Source: Haliotis cracherodii (lineage: Eukaryota). From it: 64,000 nucleotides of DNA. The stretch is taken from assembly GCF_022045235.1 (NCBI RefSeq), contig NW_027266267.1, positions 2,232,001-2,296,000 on the forward strand, given 5' to 3'. Position 1 is the stretch's first letter; each line of letters opens with the position of its first letter. The notes beneath the pieces are model-generated. The model made no database searches and was not told the DNA's origin. It saw only the letters and a list, made by a program, of their open reading frames with translations. The translations under genes and the position numbers were made by a program. Positions 8,936 to 21,632 of the stretch are shown one piece after another.

Positions 8936-11900
8936 CTAAGTAGGGTTGAATCCATAGGGTCGAGATTCGATGCCATCTGCCAGCAAGTATCGCTTATCAT
9001 CTTGAGGAGTTAAACCCAATTTGGTCACTTTGACTGTCAAGAGTGTGTTATGAATGGATCGAATTTGATGAAATGTTGCCATGTTTTGTTGGTGTTTAAA
9101 AAGACAATCTTTAAACATCCGGTGACGCAGATGGTTTCGGACAAAAGCTTTCTGCACACCTTTAGCAGTGCGTTTCTCTACCCTTTCACCGGGAGTTTTG
9201 TCAAAAATAAAACTATAGTTTTTGGGACGAAGTCCGACAAACTCTCTGATGGTTTTGCCATCCACTTCATCTTTCATCAAACCGATGACTTTGTGTCTTT
9301 CCATGGAATGAAGTGGGTGGTCTACAGGATAGTTTGAGGTGTCAAAGAGGTGGGTGTTAGCTGACATAAAGTCTTGAGGATCGCGGACAGGAGTACCCAC
9401 GGGGGACCAGATTTGATAAAACAAGCTATCCGTGTCTGTCATGAGGACCCTGACATTGTCACTATCGTATTCCTTCAACATGACATTGTAGTGAAAGTCA
9501 TAAAGAAGTCTTTTTGCGTGTTCCAAAATGGTGAAGCCAACGGCGACGGTTTGGTTCAAAGTCACAGACACCTTTTCCATGCTCACCACGACCAAATTTT
9601 CCGAAAAGATGTTTACACTTTTGAAATTGGGTTTTGATGAAAACCGTCGCAGTCTTTCCTCGGTCGCAATTAATTCAATTTGTTTGTAATTTCTTACATT
9701 TTGCAACTGTTTCCCATACACGGCATTTGAGAGCAGTTTAAACAAATCTTTCGAAAAGTCATCCGTGGCTTCTTTTCGTTTCTGAGTGTTAAAGTCAATG
9801 TAGGGCTTCATCCATTTGGACTGAGTAAATTTCAAAACTTTGTGTACTTTTTTCAGTTTCAAACCCAATTGTAAATATTGCTGCAAAGTAGCAAAGTAAA
9901 TTATATAATTTTCTTTGTCTTTCAATGTGCCAAAAAGTTTGGTTCCCGTGGCTTTCACCCCTTTGATACCAAGCTCTGCGAGCAATTCTCTATGATAGGG
10001 GGACATATCTTCAAAGGGAATGCTTTCTTTGGTGGGAGCGAGGGGCAGAGACTGATGGACAGAATGAAGGTGACGTTGATATTCCAAATCACACTCTACA
10101 ATGTAACCCACGCTACCTTCGGGGTCGAGTTGCAACCAATCAATAGACTCTATTTCCGTTTCGTCTACCCAGTCAAAATGACCTTGAGGTAAAGGACAAC
10201 TCATGGCTGCACCATACAAATTGTTAATGTCAAAGTACATCAGGTGAGATTCGGGTTTGGACGGGTCGAAATCGGACATGTGTTTGTTATTGGCTTGAGC
10301 GTGGCGATGATTGATACTCGCCACGCCTCCTCTCACTGCGTTTGAGACAAAGTTATACATATCTGGATCAGTCATAAGATCTAAGCTCACCCCTGTCATC
10401 AAAAGACAAGCATCCATGGCCATCCCCGGGAGAGTAAAGTACTGACACGGGTCCAATCTGTAGTAGCTCAGACACATGTCACGGGATGCTTCGAACACAT
10501 CGGTCAAAATCAAAGTGTCTACGGCAACGTACAATTCCATGAACTGTCTCACCGATGTAATTTTGAAAGTCTCCCAAATGTGACGGGCGAAGGCATAGTC
10601 TCGTTCAGAAATGGTGTCTTCCGATAAGGAAGAATAAAAGTCGTCACGACTCGGAAATTCTGTTCGATCTAATTTTTCAAAACTATCCACATACTCATAA
10701 AAGTAGGGTAACTTTCGAGTCAGCAATGCCACATGTTCGGGAAAGTTCTTTGCCAAATAGACAAATTCTTCTTCTCCTTTGCTTCTCAAATTGTTGGCCA
10801 AATTTTGTAAGCTGGTGTTTAAAAATTTGAAACTGTCCAAGAAACGAAGTTGGTCTATTTGAAACATGATGAAGTGTTCCGAATTTTGACCTATGCACGT
10901 CAACTTTCGATCGGCAAACAGTTCTGCTGCTTGAAGAATCAAATGATTGTCATACCTCGAAGCATTGTGACAAATGACATTGACAAATTTGGCTTCGTTG
11001 TAGTTGACGTTGCAGTAATTGTGACAAAGACCCCTGACTCGACCCGTCAAATGATCATGATCGATGTGTCGCTCATTCTTCTGTACTTTCTCCCCGCAAA
11101 GATAGCAATGGGTTTTCGAAACAAAAGCTAACTTTTCCTCATCTGTTAATGTCATGGGCACGGGATGATTTAAGATGTCCATGATTTGATCTTAATCCTC
11201 CAAAAGATGCGTCATGAAATGCTCTGAAGCCCATTCCCCGCTATAGGTTCTCAATGGAAACGAGTACATGTCGGGTTCCCGACATACAATTTGATAACTG
11301 TAACCGCAGGGAATGTGCTCATGGACGTGGTGGTGACTTCCTCTCCTCCCCGGTGTCTCATTATGTTCTAAAGGTGACAACACGGATTCAAAATCGCAGT
11401 AGATCACAAAGGGGACTTTGACTGTTTTGGCATAGTGGCCCAACCCAAATGTTCGAAAAGCTTTGTTTGGTTCAGGCATTTTAATTCGCTGTGCTTTGTG
11501 ATAACAGTAGGGGGTATGCCTTTGTAGTCTGTCTTCAGTGGTGAAAGACCACAAACATTTTCGACAAATGAATTTGCTGTGACAGTCTCCGGTTTTTCTG
11601 ATCAAAGCTGGCAAACTTGAGATCAGAACATAATGAGACAGTGGGGGTTCGTCTTCCTCCTCTACTTCTTGAGTTAACAGGAGGAGATCGATGTGACGCT
11701 CTTTGGGTACTTCGGACGTTATTGAACTGATTCGTAATGGAAAGATGACATGCTGTTGGTTCTCATCTTCGTCAAAACCATAGACATTGATACTTACATT
11801 GTTTGTTTTTTCAAATTTTGAAATATGACTGAGACTCATAGGAAATTCACACCCTTTCAAATCCAACTCGTGTAGTTTGTCCTTGTAGTGACTCACTTGT

Positions 11901-12805
11901 TCTCTGACTAGTTGAGACTGAACGGGGAACAGATGAGCCAAAACGCAATAGGCAAAACAGAGGTTGCCGTCCACATTTTTAATGTCTAACAGGCAGTGTT
12001 TTTTCTCTAACGAAGGGGGGAGGGGAAGATATGAACTTCCGCGAAAGGGTTGAAATTTGACCACGGATAATTTCACGCTCAACACAGTTTCAAAGTTTAA
12101 GTTTGAACTATCTCCTTCGTAATTGTCCATTAGTTTCATGATTGTATTTATGACTTCAGTGTACAACGCATCCAAATCATCAGCTTGGGTGGCTGGAGAC
12201 ATTTTGGTTCTAAAGTAAGGCTCACTAAATGTAGTCAGACCATCAGAGTTTGTTTTGCTGAATCTAAATTGGGTACAAAGTCCCCATTTAATACTATGTT
12301 TTGTTTCAATTTCTGTTTTCAAGTGATGAATCATGTCAGGTTGAATTTTCACAAAATAATAGTAGGGATCATTTCCCTCTTGGCCCTGAGGAATAAAATC
12401 AAATCCCCTGACATTTTCATTTATTGCTTGTCTGGAACATGACTGTTGATTATCTACATTTGTTTTCCTACGTTTAGCTGCCGCCCCTCCACCACTTAGT
12501 TGATTTGAATGGGTTTGTCTCCTGTGTTTAGTGAGATCTTTCACAGATGGGAAAGTGGTCGAACATGTATGACAAGTAAAAGTAAAGGTAGAAGTAGAAG
12601 TAGATGGTTGTGGATCTTTGTGTTGACTTTTTATGTGTCTGTGTAAGCTATCACTACGGTTGAATGATTTGGAACATATTTGACAATCAAAATGTTTGGA
12701 AGCTGGGCCACAATTTCTCTGATGTCTAACAATGTTCTGTTTGTTGCTGTAGGATTTTTGACAAAACTCACATGTATACACAGGTGTTGTAAATGGGGTA
12801 GACAT
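8936..12805 (-). pseudogene. pPolB: Protein-primed family B DNA polymerase with N-terminal C2H2 fingers; single in-frame TAA at 11192-11194
   Basis: The 537-aa and 748-aa ORFs share one frame (HLLED*DQIMDIL). ExoI YCDFES, EndoVII/HNH insert (CYLC...DHDHLTGRVRGLCHNYCN), ExoII HNASRYD, polymerase motifs YFDINNLYG, KLLSNAVYGK, TDTDS. Confidence 0.93.
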
Positions 12806-12862
12806 TATTTTGTTTTTACATAAAGTCTAGCAAACAATGTTCTTGGAATACTTTTTATCTTT

Positions 12863-13214
12863 CTGAAATAAATAATTAAAAATAAATAAAAATAGATTGG
12901 TATGTCTGTGTAGACTAATGAAGCCAACATGATGATTTCACAATTATAATACATCCTCAGATAATGGGTTTTTTAAAAATTGAAACTATGATATGAAATA
13001 CCTGTAATAACATAAAACGTATAATTAAAATACATTTTTTAAAAAGATATGGTCTATTAATAAAAAAAAATTAAACTCTTACCTTCACACAGAAAATATA
13101 TCTCTCCCAAATTGAGACCAAAAAGTTCTGTGGTATAGAGAATAAGCACAATGTTCATTCATGAACCAAGAGAGACCAAATGCAGTATTTTAGGTCACAA
13201 CACTGTTATTTATA
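12863..13214 (-). promoter_or_regulatory. Putative pPolB promoter (TATAAATA 13214-13207) and 5'-UTR intron (13082-12863)
   Basis: TATA box followed by gaag|gtaaga donor and ttatttcag| acceptor upstream of the ATG at 12805. Confidence 0.45.
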
Positions 13215-13815
13215 GGGTAAAAAAACCAGGTGTATTCAAATTACAGTAGGGCTGGAGTAATGGTAACTAGAGACGGTCTCAGAAACGCCCTTGTTTTTCA
13301 AGTATTTCCTTTCACAACAGTTGTGTTTACACAAGTGTTTCCTTTCAACTGTGCTGGGGAGGGAATCAGTCGTCCATCTCAACAGCAGAGGAAAAAAATA
13401 TTGAACTTGTTCTGTGTGTCTAAAACGTTCTGCTTTAATGCAATTAAAACCACTGGCTTGTTTATCTATATAACACATGCGGGTTAAGGGTGACTCTTTT
13501 AGATTTGATTTTTGGGTTAGGAAGTATGTGAACTGAGCAATGCGGTCCACATGTTGGAATTGGTTTGGTTTAGACTCAAATTCACGATGTTATCACTACG
13601 ATATAAATGATATAAATGATAACGATTTGAGAAAAAAAGACAGCTTCTGTTTTGGGTATTCTTTTTCCAAAGAGCTTCCATGAGTCGGTTGAGGTGGAAC
13701 GAGTCATGGATGTGTGTACTGCTGACTCCTCCATGGTAAATGAAAAAAACTATCACCAACTCCTGCATTTATTCATATATTTTTTTTTCATATACATGTG
13801 ACCTTTCTCAAACAC

Positions 13816-14376
13816 TAACTGGAGACGGCCTTGTTGATATGAGTAGTTCCCTTTTCAAAACAGCCTCGTGTTTACAAGAGTGTTTTTCCTTTCAACTGTC
13901 CGGGAACGCCTTGTTGATACAACTGATAAAAAATAATCTGTAGCTTCATTCGAATAACAGTAAATGGTGACGTTTCTAACACGCCCTCGTTGATTTAAGT
14001 ATTTCCTTTCAAAACAGCCTCGTGTTTACACGAGTGTTTTTCCTTTCAATTGTCCGGGAATGCCTTGTTGATACAACTGATAAAATCTAATCTGTACCTT
14101 CACTCACTCGACTAACAGTAACTGGAGACGTTTCAAATACGCGCTTTTTGATTTCAGTGTTTCCTTTCAAAACAATCTCGTGTTTACACAAGTGTTTTTC
14201 CATTCAACTGTCCGGAAATGCCTTGTTGATACAACTGATAAAAAATAATCTGAGTAACTGGAGACGTTTCAAATACGCGCTCGTTGATTTAAGTGTTTCC
14301 TTTCAAAACAATCTCGTGTTTACACAAGTGTTTTTCCTTTCAACTGTCCGGAAATGGTTTGTTGATACAACTGTTA
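13816..14376. repeat. Subterminal tandem array, four units of ~135-160 bp, plus a degenerate unit at ~13263-13355
   Basis: Recurrent AACTGGAGACG...TTCCTTTCAAAACA..CTCGTGTTTACAC.AGTGTTTTTCC..TCAACTGTCCGG...GTTGATACAACTG. Confidence 0.85.
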
Positions 14377-14927
14377 AACGAGGTTATTGGTCAAGGTTAT
14401 ACGAGGTCATTGATCGCATGACAACAACATCAACACCCCCCACCCCCCCAAGGTCAAGGTTATGTGACGTCATCAGTCACGTGAGGTTACTAGGTGCACT
14501 TGTGACGTCATCAAATGTGGATGTGTGGATGGATACTTATCACTTATCTACTACTAGCCCAACCTTCTGTTCTTTTAATTGAAAATTTCTATACTATGAA
14601 CGCATATAGTGGTAATATACTGTCAATTTTTGGGTACCGATTTTAACGTTACTTATAAATTGGGATAAAATCTGAAAGAACTTGGTTTCAACAGGCCAAA
14701 TGACACTTTCGGGATTGTTATAGGTCATTCTTCTTTATTATCACCAAATCTGAAAAATGTCGTCAGGACATTTTGGATGACAATCATTCAATGTCCCAGA
14801 AAAGGAACCGGTGTGGTTATCAAAATTGATAGCTGTGTTGGAACTTTTTAGATACACATAAACAAAATTATACTAGAATGTATTGTCCTGAGCCACAGCA
14901 GATCTCACCACGGACATAACGGGTTCT

Positions 14928-15208
14928 GGGGGCACGGGTGGCCCAGTCGTCTAAGGCGCCGCGATTCGCTGTGCAGAGTTGCGTCCTTTGGACACGCCAG
15001 AAACCTATGATTGTGGGTTCGAATCCCGGTTCGCCCCAATTATGTTTCTAGGTTTGTCAGCACCATACCCGTGCTCGTGGGTTTCACCGAAGTGGTAAAC
15101 GTCTGAGACCTGCATCACTTCAGGCTTTCCTCCCACATAAAGCTGACACGCCGCGATATAACTGGAATACTGTTAAAATCGGCGTTAAACCCAACTCACT
15201 CACTCACT
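14928..15208 (+). mobile_element. tRNA-derived SINE (family A)
   Basis: Box A-like GTGGCCCAGTCGTCTAAGG, box B GGTTCGAATCC, (ACTC)n tail; close copy at 23634-23914. Confidence 0.85.
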
Positions 15209-15410
15209 TACTGATGACGTGTTCTGAGTTACAATGGACAATGTTACAGGTAAACATTGCGGAGTTATGCCCCCTTTTGGTATGTGTACGTGTAGCCCCC
15301 TCACTCGTGTTTTCACTTGTTAACTTTATTTTCGCCACATAAAAAGAGTACGTTTTCTTAAACATAATCGTGCAATTCTAACATATCTGTCATGATGTTC
15401 GGATATAAGA

Positions 15411-15576
15411 GGGGCGGTCTGGTAGCCTGGTGGTTTAAGTGTTCGCTCGTCACGCCGAAGACCCGGGTTCGATTCCCGACATGGGTACAATGTGTGAAGC
15501 GCATTTCTGGTACCCCCCGCCGTGATATTGCTGGAATATTGCTAAACGCGGCGTAAAACCATACTCACTCACTCAC
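15411..15576 (+). mobile_element. tRNA(Asp-like)-derived SINE (family B) with 12-bp TSD
   Basis: TAGCCTGGTGG...GTC...GGTTCGATTCC head, (ACTC)n tail, TSD TCGGATATAAGA at 15399-15410 and 15577-15588. Confidence 0.88.
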
Positions 15577-15879
15577 TCGGATATAAGACATATAAGATAT
15601 ATATTTTGTTCGCTCACAGTTAACATAAAGCTGTCAAATAAAACATTTCGTCGCACTGTACTTTATCTATGAACGATCAAATGTAGCAGAATGTAAATGT
15701 TGTGTATTTCAACCTACGTTTCTTTCAATTTAGGTAAATAATTGAGTTAAGTATGGTAATAGCTCCTTAAACTAGCCAGAGCACTCTCTACTACTTCTTT
15801 TCCCCCTCTTGGTGATAAAGCTACAGGTAGTTCCTCTATCCTGGTGAAGCAGGGCATAATCAACAGCTCTGTTCCACTC

Positions 15880-16010
15880 AACAATACGCAGACGGGACGT
15901 ACCCGAGATCGACCACGCCCAGGGCAACAACGTGTGACAACAGCCAGGGAAGATTGTGCGATTGTGCGTCGGCGACTTTGCGCTGCTAGTCTACTTGCCC
16001 GTCGTCCTCA
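15880..16010 (+). mobile_element. Tc1 transposase remnant
   Basis: TGRTRDRPRPGQQRVTTARED resembles the GRPR linker region of the two Tc1 copies in this window. Confidence 0.55.
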
Positions 16011-16711
16011 CGGTTCCCGACTCCTGTAAGTTTGATGTGGAGTTACCAGTAACCAAAGTGATTTCCGATGCAATTCCCCAATTTGACTTATACCAAATTA
16101 TAACATTTGGATCTGGGAAAGGAACTCCCCTGCAAACCACGTATCGTTAAGGTATGACAAAGATCATGCACTGAGCTAATACAATTTATTTTCACTAAAA
16201 CTATTCAAGGCAAACATAAACAAACAACGACAATACATCCAGTGGTACCCATTATATCAAGAAAATATCATTGTATTTCGGGTATAACATGCATTTCAAA
16301 CGTATCTCTAATAAGCATTGGTCACTATTGAATAAAGGATACCATTTAAAGTTGTTGTATTTTTTCATTTTGGTAAATGTAAAAAAGTTTGTCATTGTCA
16401 CCTTTGTGACAAACACATCTAGCTGGCGTCTCTACAGCAACACAACCATAACAGTAGGCCGTGTATGTAATTAAGTAAATTAACTAAACAATGTTTATAG
16501 CTTTTGTATATGAAGTGTTGCATACCGCGAGGACATTATCCTAGAAGCACGAGCATTAAATATTAACAACAATCATTATACACTAAACTACATTACCAAT
16601 ACTCAAGATAGCAGTCACACGGCTTATATACGCTGTTGATCTTGATCCCCACACTGTCACTTGTATCAGTGCCATTAGATCGGGAAACGACGGTGGTCAG
16701 ACGCAAAGAAG

Positions 16712-17039
16712 TGGTCAGGTGAAATAGGGTTTAACGTCGCGTCCAAGATTATTGCTCTTATATAGCGACGTGCATGCACGTACATGTGTGTGGCTGCTTG
16801 TACTAGTCCAAACTGATGTCGATTTATAGTGCTAGCCCATTGAGTGACCATGCCGCAGTTAAACATGAACACCCCACTAAGACACAGTATACTGTATCCT
16901 AGCCGACCAGTCCTTGTTTTAGCCCCTTAATGCCGTGCGCCAGGCAGCTAAACAACAATTAGAACCTTTAAACGTCTTTGGGTTTGGCGATTGTATGACG
17001 CGGCTGGCGACGCTCTATCACGAGACCACGGAGGCGGTC
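16712..17039 (-). mobile_element. Meta-domain-type SINE (family C), head partly deleted
   Basis: Reverse complement aligns by eye to 56790-57139 (GGGGCTAAAACAAGGACTGGTCGGCT core). Confidence 0.8.
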
Positions 17040-18235
17040 TCAGCAGCAAAGACTCTGCAATAGGTTAACAGCCATGTCTCAACAAAGTAACGATCATTTT
17101 TTATATCAACCCAGGTTAGAAAAATGTAAATCCAATGTGCTCTGAATCGTTTGATAGTGTAAAGTGGTGAGCTCCGTGTGAAAAGTCAGTTTGATCTTCA
17201 ACTTTTAAGAACAATTTTATTATAATAGGTGTTTCATAGCGTGATTTCTATTTTTTTGTGACTGAACAAATTTACAAGTGAAAAAACAAACAAGCTATAT
17301 TCCAGCACATGACACAAAATATGTTTATATGATGACAATGAAACAAATATTCAATAAAGGGAGGAATTCGGACTAAATCGTTATATATCTGTTAGTTGAC
17401 AACTAGTTATAATGATCAGTTCGTCTCACACCCCATGCCAGATCACGCATGTAATATACTTCACTGGACAGTTTGTCTCCGTTATACTTAAACGAAATTA
17501 GGGGCGAACTGTTTTTCTGTAAAAATAATGACTGAAATAGCATTCGCTTATTCTAATGTTTTGAGTAGTTTGGCTGGAAGGAGTAAGCGGTAATAGCATA
17601 TCAAGAGAAAATATGTAAATAGCATAGCATGTTAAAATATAAGAATTTAATAGAACAATAAATGAACCGTGTTAGGTTCAGTTCTACGACGCCAATCTCA
17701 AGACATCACATTTTCCTGCCGTTCTATAATAACGTCATATGTACAGAAGCACCCTATTAGTGCTCAGTTGTGTCCATAATTTTTGGAATACACACTAATG
17801 GTGGAATTATTTTCGCTTGGTCCAAAACATGCTCTAATATATGCGAAGAAACACAACTTACAAATACTATGTTTACAGAATGGTAGACAGTTCTGTAATA
17901 TTTTTCAAACTATTTGACGATTTACATATTCGAACATTTAAATATACTTCAGGACTTTTACACTAAGCACCCATCGCGTATGTAAGGATATGTGTAGCAC
18001 TGAGCTTTTAATTCACAACTAGCTTTTTGTTTTACGAGACTGAAAAACTCAATAGTGTTATTTATATATTCATTATTTAATCAATTTTTAAGACATCTTG
18101 AGGACAACTTTTGAGTCTCATTGCGAAGAACACTGATGTGTAATGTACTGAGGATGATTGTGCCTACATATTTATAGACGAGCCCGGTTTTACATTCGCA
18201 GGGCATGTATGTATATGTCACAGCGAAAAAAAATG

Positions 18236-21200
18236 TCACGGCAGTGGAGATAAAGACTTGTACGGCCCAGCCGACTGCTCCGTCTCCATACATGTTCTAC
18301 TGACGTCTGAAATCATCGTCCCTTCTTGGTCAGCTGCAGAGGTGATGATTCTGTCAAGAGCTTCCAGGTGAAGCAGCTTCGTGTTGGTGTGTGTTTGTGT
18401 TTCCCCTGCATAATTCCTCACGTAACTGATGGAGCATGGTTGAATGCCAGTTTGTTCTGACATCATCTTCACAGCTTCCTGTACTCGAGGTGAACTGTAC
18501 AGGTTGGGGATGTTATCTGTGTCCTTGAACTCCCGGTCATACTCATCCAGGTATGTCAGGACCAGGTGGTAGGACGGGGCTGAAACACGATACATTTAAT
18601 CAGCACAGGCGGAATTTCACAACCCTCTATAGAATGCTTTAATGACCTACAGAAAACATCCTAGCTCATCCGACTGATCATGTGTGGATACATATTTTCA
18701 AAGGAGTGACCTTGACCGCTTACATTCGCCAATCTGAAGTCTCCTTTCTACACCATACATGGAATACGTCATTTCAGAATTATATAACCTGAACAGATAA
18801 ATGATCAATTGTTTGATAGGTATTTCTTAAAAGTTAATTTGGAAGTAATTTATTGATCTATTATTTAACAAAATTAATTAAACCAAATATACAACATGTT
18901 TGAGACATGTGCAAGTGCTCAATTAACCTCCGCGTTAATCTGGATCTCTCTCAATCACATTGCCCTTCCATATCATTTGTTAGAAACATTTAATTAGGAG
19001 GCATCATAGGTATGTTGTTTGGTTTTCAGCAGGCGCAGCATGCTGTACAACGAGAAAAAAAGTCAGCTAACTTGAGATAGGTAACACAGTTACAGGAAAA
19101 TAGGGAAACCCTGTACTGCGACGTACGAATTCACATGGGACCTTTTCATAGGTTTAAACTTACCGCCATCTCCCCCTAATCGTATGACAGCATCTATCTG
19201 ACGTTTCAGTTCTTCATCCACAGTGATGCCATGATGGAGAACCAGCACAGCACATGACACGTCCTTCCATTCCTCTTGTTGAGATAGGCCGCCTTTCACA
19301 TCCATAATTTTAGTTATCTTGAAACAAACAAATGTATATATGCTCTTAAAAAATCCTATACATCAAGATTGCAACAAAAACGGGTTGAAAGACGTCCGGG
19401 GTAGGTGGAAAGTCAGTAACGATTATGGCCTCCTCGAGCTGCTATCACCTCCAAGTCCGAATAACAGTCCAGGGGATGTTCTGCCATTCCTCCTCCAGCG
19501 CCACCATAGTTCCTGAAATGTATGTAGCGGTGGTTGACGTCGACGGACACGAAGATCCAGCACGTCCAACAGATGTTCAAGAGGGGACATGTCTTGCGAG
19601 TGGGTAGTTGCAGGATCTCGTCTCGGTAGCGTAGACCATTCAGAGCACCATCCGCTCTCACAAGTGCTGTCCGGTGACTCATCTGTAAACAGAACACGTC
19701 TCCATCTTGCTTGAGGCCATGTGACTCTCTGACGCCACCACTGCAGACGTTCAAGGACGTGATGCGCCTAAGGATGTCACGCCGTACAGGTCTCCAGGCT
19801 GGAATACCGGCTGCTCTCAGACGATTTCGAACATTCTGATCCGATATTTGACGCAGTCCCGGTACTTGTGAGGCTGTTGACGTCGCCTTGGTGAAACGGT
19901 CCCGCAGGTGTCGTGTCCGGCTGTAGCGATCTTGGCCAGGCGTTGTAACGCGAGGTCGTCTTGACCCTGGCCTGTCTCGAACGTTGCCGGTGGTGTTGTA
20001 ACGTCTCCACAAGTTAGAGATGGTCAATTTGGTCACACCCATCACCTGCGCCACATGCTGTTGTGTTTCACCCGCTTGCAGTCGGCCGTTGCGTTGATGC
20101 GTTGTGCTTCTGATAGATGTGGCCTTTTTCTGATTTGTGTCAGCAGCCATTGTCCTTGCCTTGCTGACAGAGGAATTGTCACGACAGTTCAGAAAATTGC
20201 ATGCTGCACGTTTATGGCATTGCAGCTGCGTTTGGGTGACTTGCTTAGTCGCGACGTCACAACATGACTTTTCGGGCAATATGCATGTTTACTCGATAAT
20301 TTATTAAAATTTAATGATGACTTCAAAAATTAAATTAAATTTCTACCATACAAAATTGATCGGGACCGGTGTCATCAAATTTATGCATGTACAGTTTCAT
20401 TTTTTGAAGAGTATATGAATCTCAGAAGATTTTGAAGAATGATTATATTAAAGTGTTTACATGTCTATTCGTCTATGAATGCACAATGTCGTGCTTACCC
20501 GGGCATCAAAGCGTACCTTGCCTGATGCAATAGCTTCAATATTCTCCGTTCTGAAATCACTGGATTCAAATATTCCTGGCATGTCAATAATCCAGTGATT
20601 TCCGTATTGTGAAGATTGGAGCTGTAAAATAAAGGTTTAAACATGATTATAGTGGAGTCCACTGATCCCTTTCACACATGCAATGTAAATTTCTTATGAA
20701 AACTTCGAGCGTGCAACACTCCGTTATGAAATGAACCAGATTATGATATCTTTACAATCAATTGAAAAAACAAAAATATTTATGTTACAGTAACACTTTT
20801 GGCATGTTGGCAAGATAAACATCATGAATGTTTATGGATTCGAATTCAATGAATTCGTTTCAGAAACGTAAAATGCAGGTATATGTCATTATTGTTGTAA
20901 ATACTTTCTAGTGATGTAACAGGTTATTATACTGTTAATAAATACCTAAAAGTTATGTGAAAAAATAACACAATATATATTTCATTGTATGAATATATGT
21001 TAATGAAATTAACATGTGGAGATTTAACAGTCAGAAGAATTTGGGATTGTTGAAGATTTGTTCCAGGGAAAGTACATACAGTGCTAGTAAATGAACTGTC
21101 GAAATTTCGAACTGAGAAGTAGTTGGAAAGTTCGTCAGGATCCTTCAGTGCTGATCTCAGGCCATTACAAAAGGAGGACTTTCCAGCACGGCCAGGGCCA

Positions 21201-21480
21201 AATATCAAGATCTTCGCACGTATCAGCTTCCCTTTCTTGTCATACCTGTGTTTAAGCAATTTCTTGCAGAGTCGTTTAACCTCCTGCATAGTGTGTAACT
21301 GAAAGGAAAATAAGATGCAAATGTTGAACATATATTAGTTACACAGACAGCTCTTCAGCCATATGCAAGAGTTTGATTACTATATATTCTATTCTGTTAT
21401 GTTTCGAACAATGATTTGTCTACTGATACCTGCGATGTCCGCCTTCTTTGTTCTGTCCTCTTTGGTCGCCATGAAACGTA
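18236..21480 (-). CDS. IFI44/IFI44L-like P-loop GTPase, spliced (exons 21480-21430, 21298-21080, 20621-20499, 19317-19164, 18579-18236); 5' end not resolved
   Basis: Phase-compatible GT-AG exons give SWR...KILIFGPGRAGKSSFCN (G1), IIDMPG (G3), VSCAVLV, LVLTYLD (G4-like) and VRNY...LLHLEALDRI, matching the IFI44-family pattern. Confidence 0.82.
19341..20413 (-). mobile_element. Internally deleted Tc1/mariner element in an IFI44-like intron
   Basis: Imperfect TIRs (T[A/G]CTCTT[C]AAAAAA) with TA flanks; HTH region and GGHNRY end retained, catalytic region disrupted. Confidence 0.85.
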
Positions 21481-21632
21481 CTGAAAATGTAGACCCAAGA
21501 TTTATACGTAGGTTGGCTGGGTTGTCAAGTCAGTAGATGTTAACTAGTGTGTAATCATACATTTTATTCCCTTGTCTCTCGAATACCTTTACCTTCTAAA
21601 ACCATATGAACTAAAGAGCAGAAAAAAATGTG

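Larger units (their letters stand above)
1600..14555 (-). mobile_element. Defective Polinton/Maverick (adintovirus-like) endogenous element; left terminus not found, left boundary approximate
   Basis: Co-oriented pPolB, rve integrase, mCP, MCP fragment, adenain-type protease fragment and A32-like ATPase. Right end reads ...TATCTACTACT at 14555 (5'-AGTAGT on the minus strand), the usual Polinton terminus. Confidence 0.93.

Noticed and set aside
1658-12805. Plus-strand ORFs antisense to the Polinton genes
   Set aside because: Shadow frames of well-supported minus-strand genes, with no motifs.
14928-15490. tRNA genes (also 23800-23914 and 56790-56860)
   Set aside because: Acceptor stems are not closed, and each continues into a SINE body with tail and TSD.
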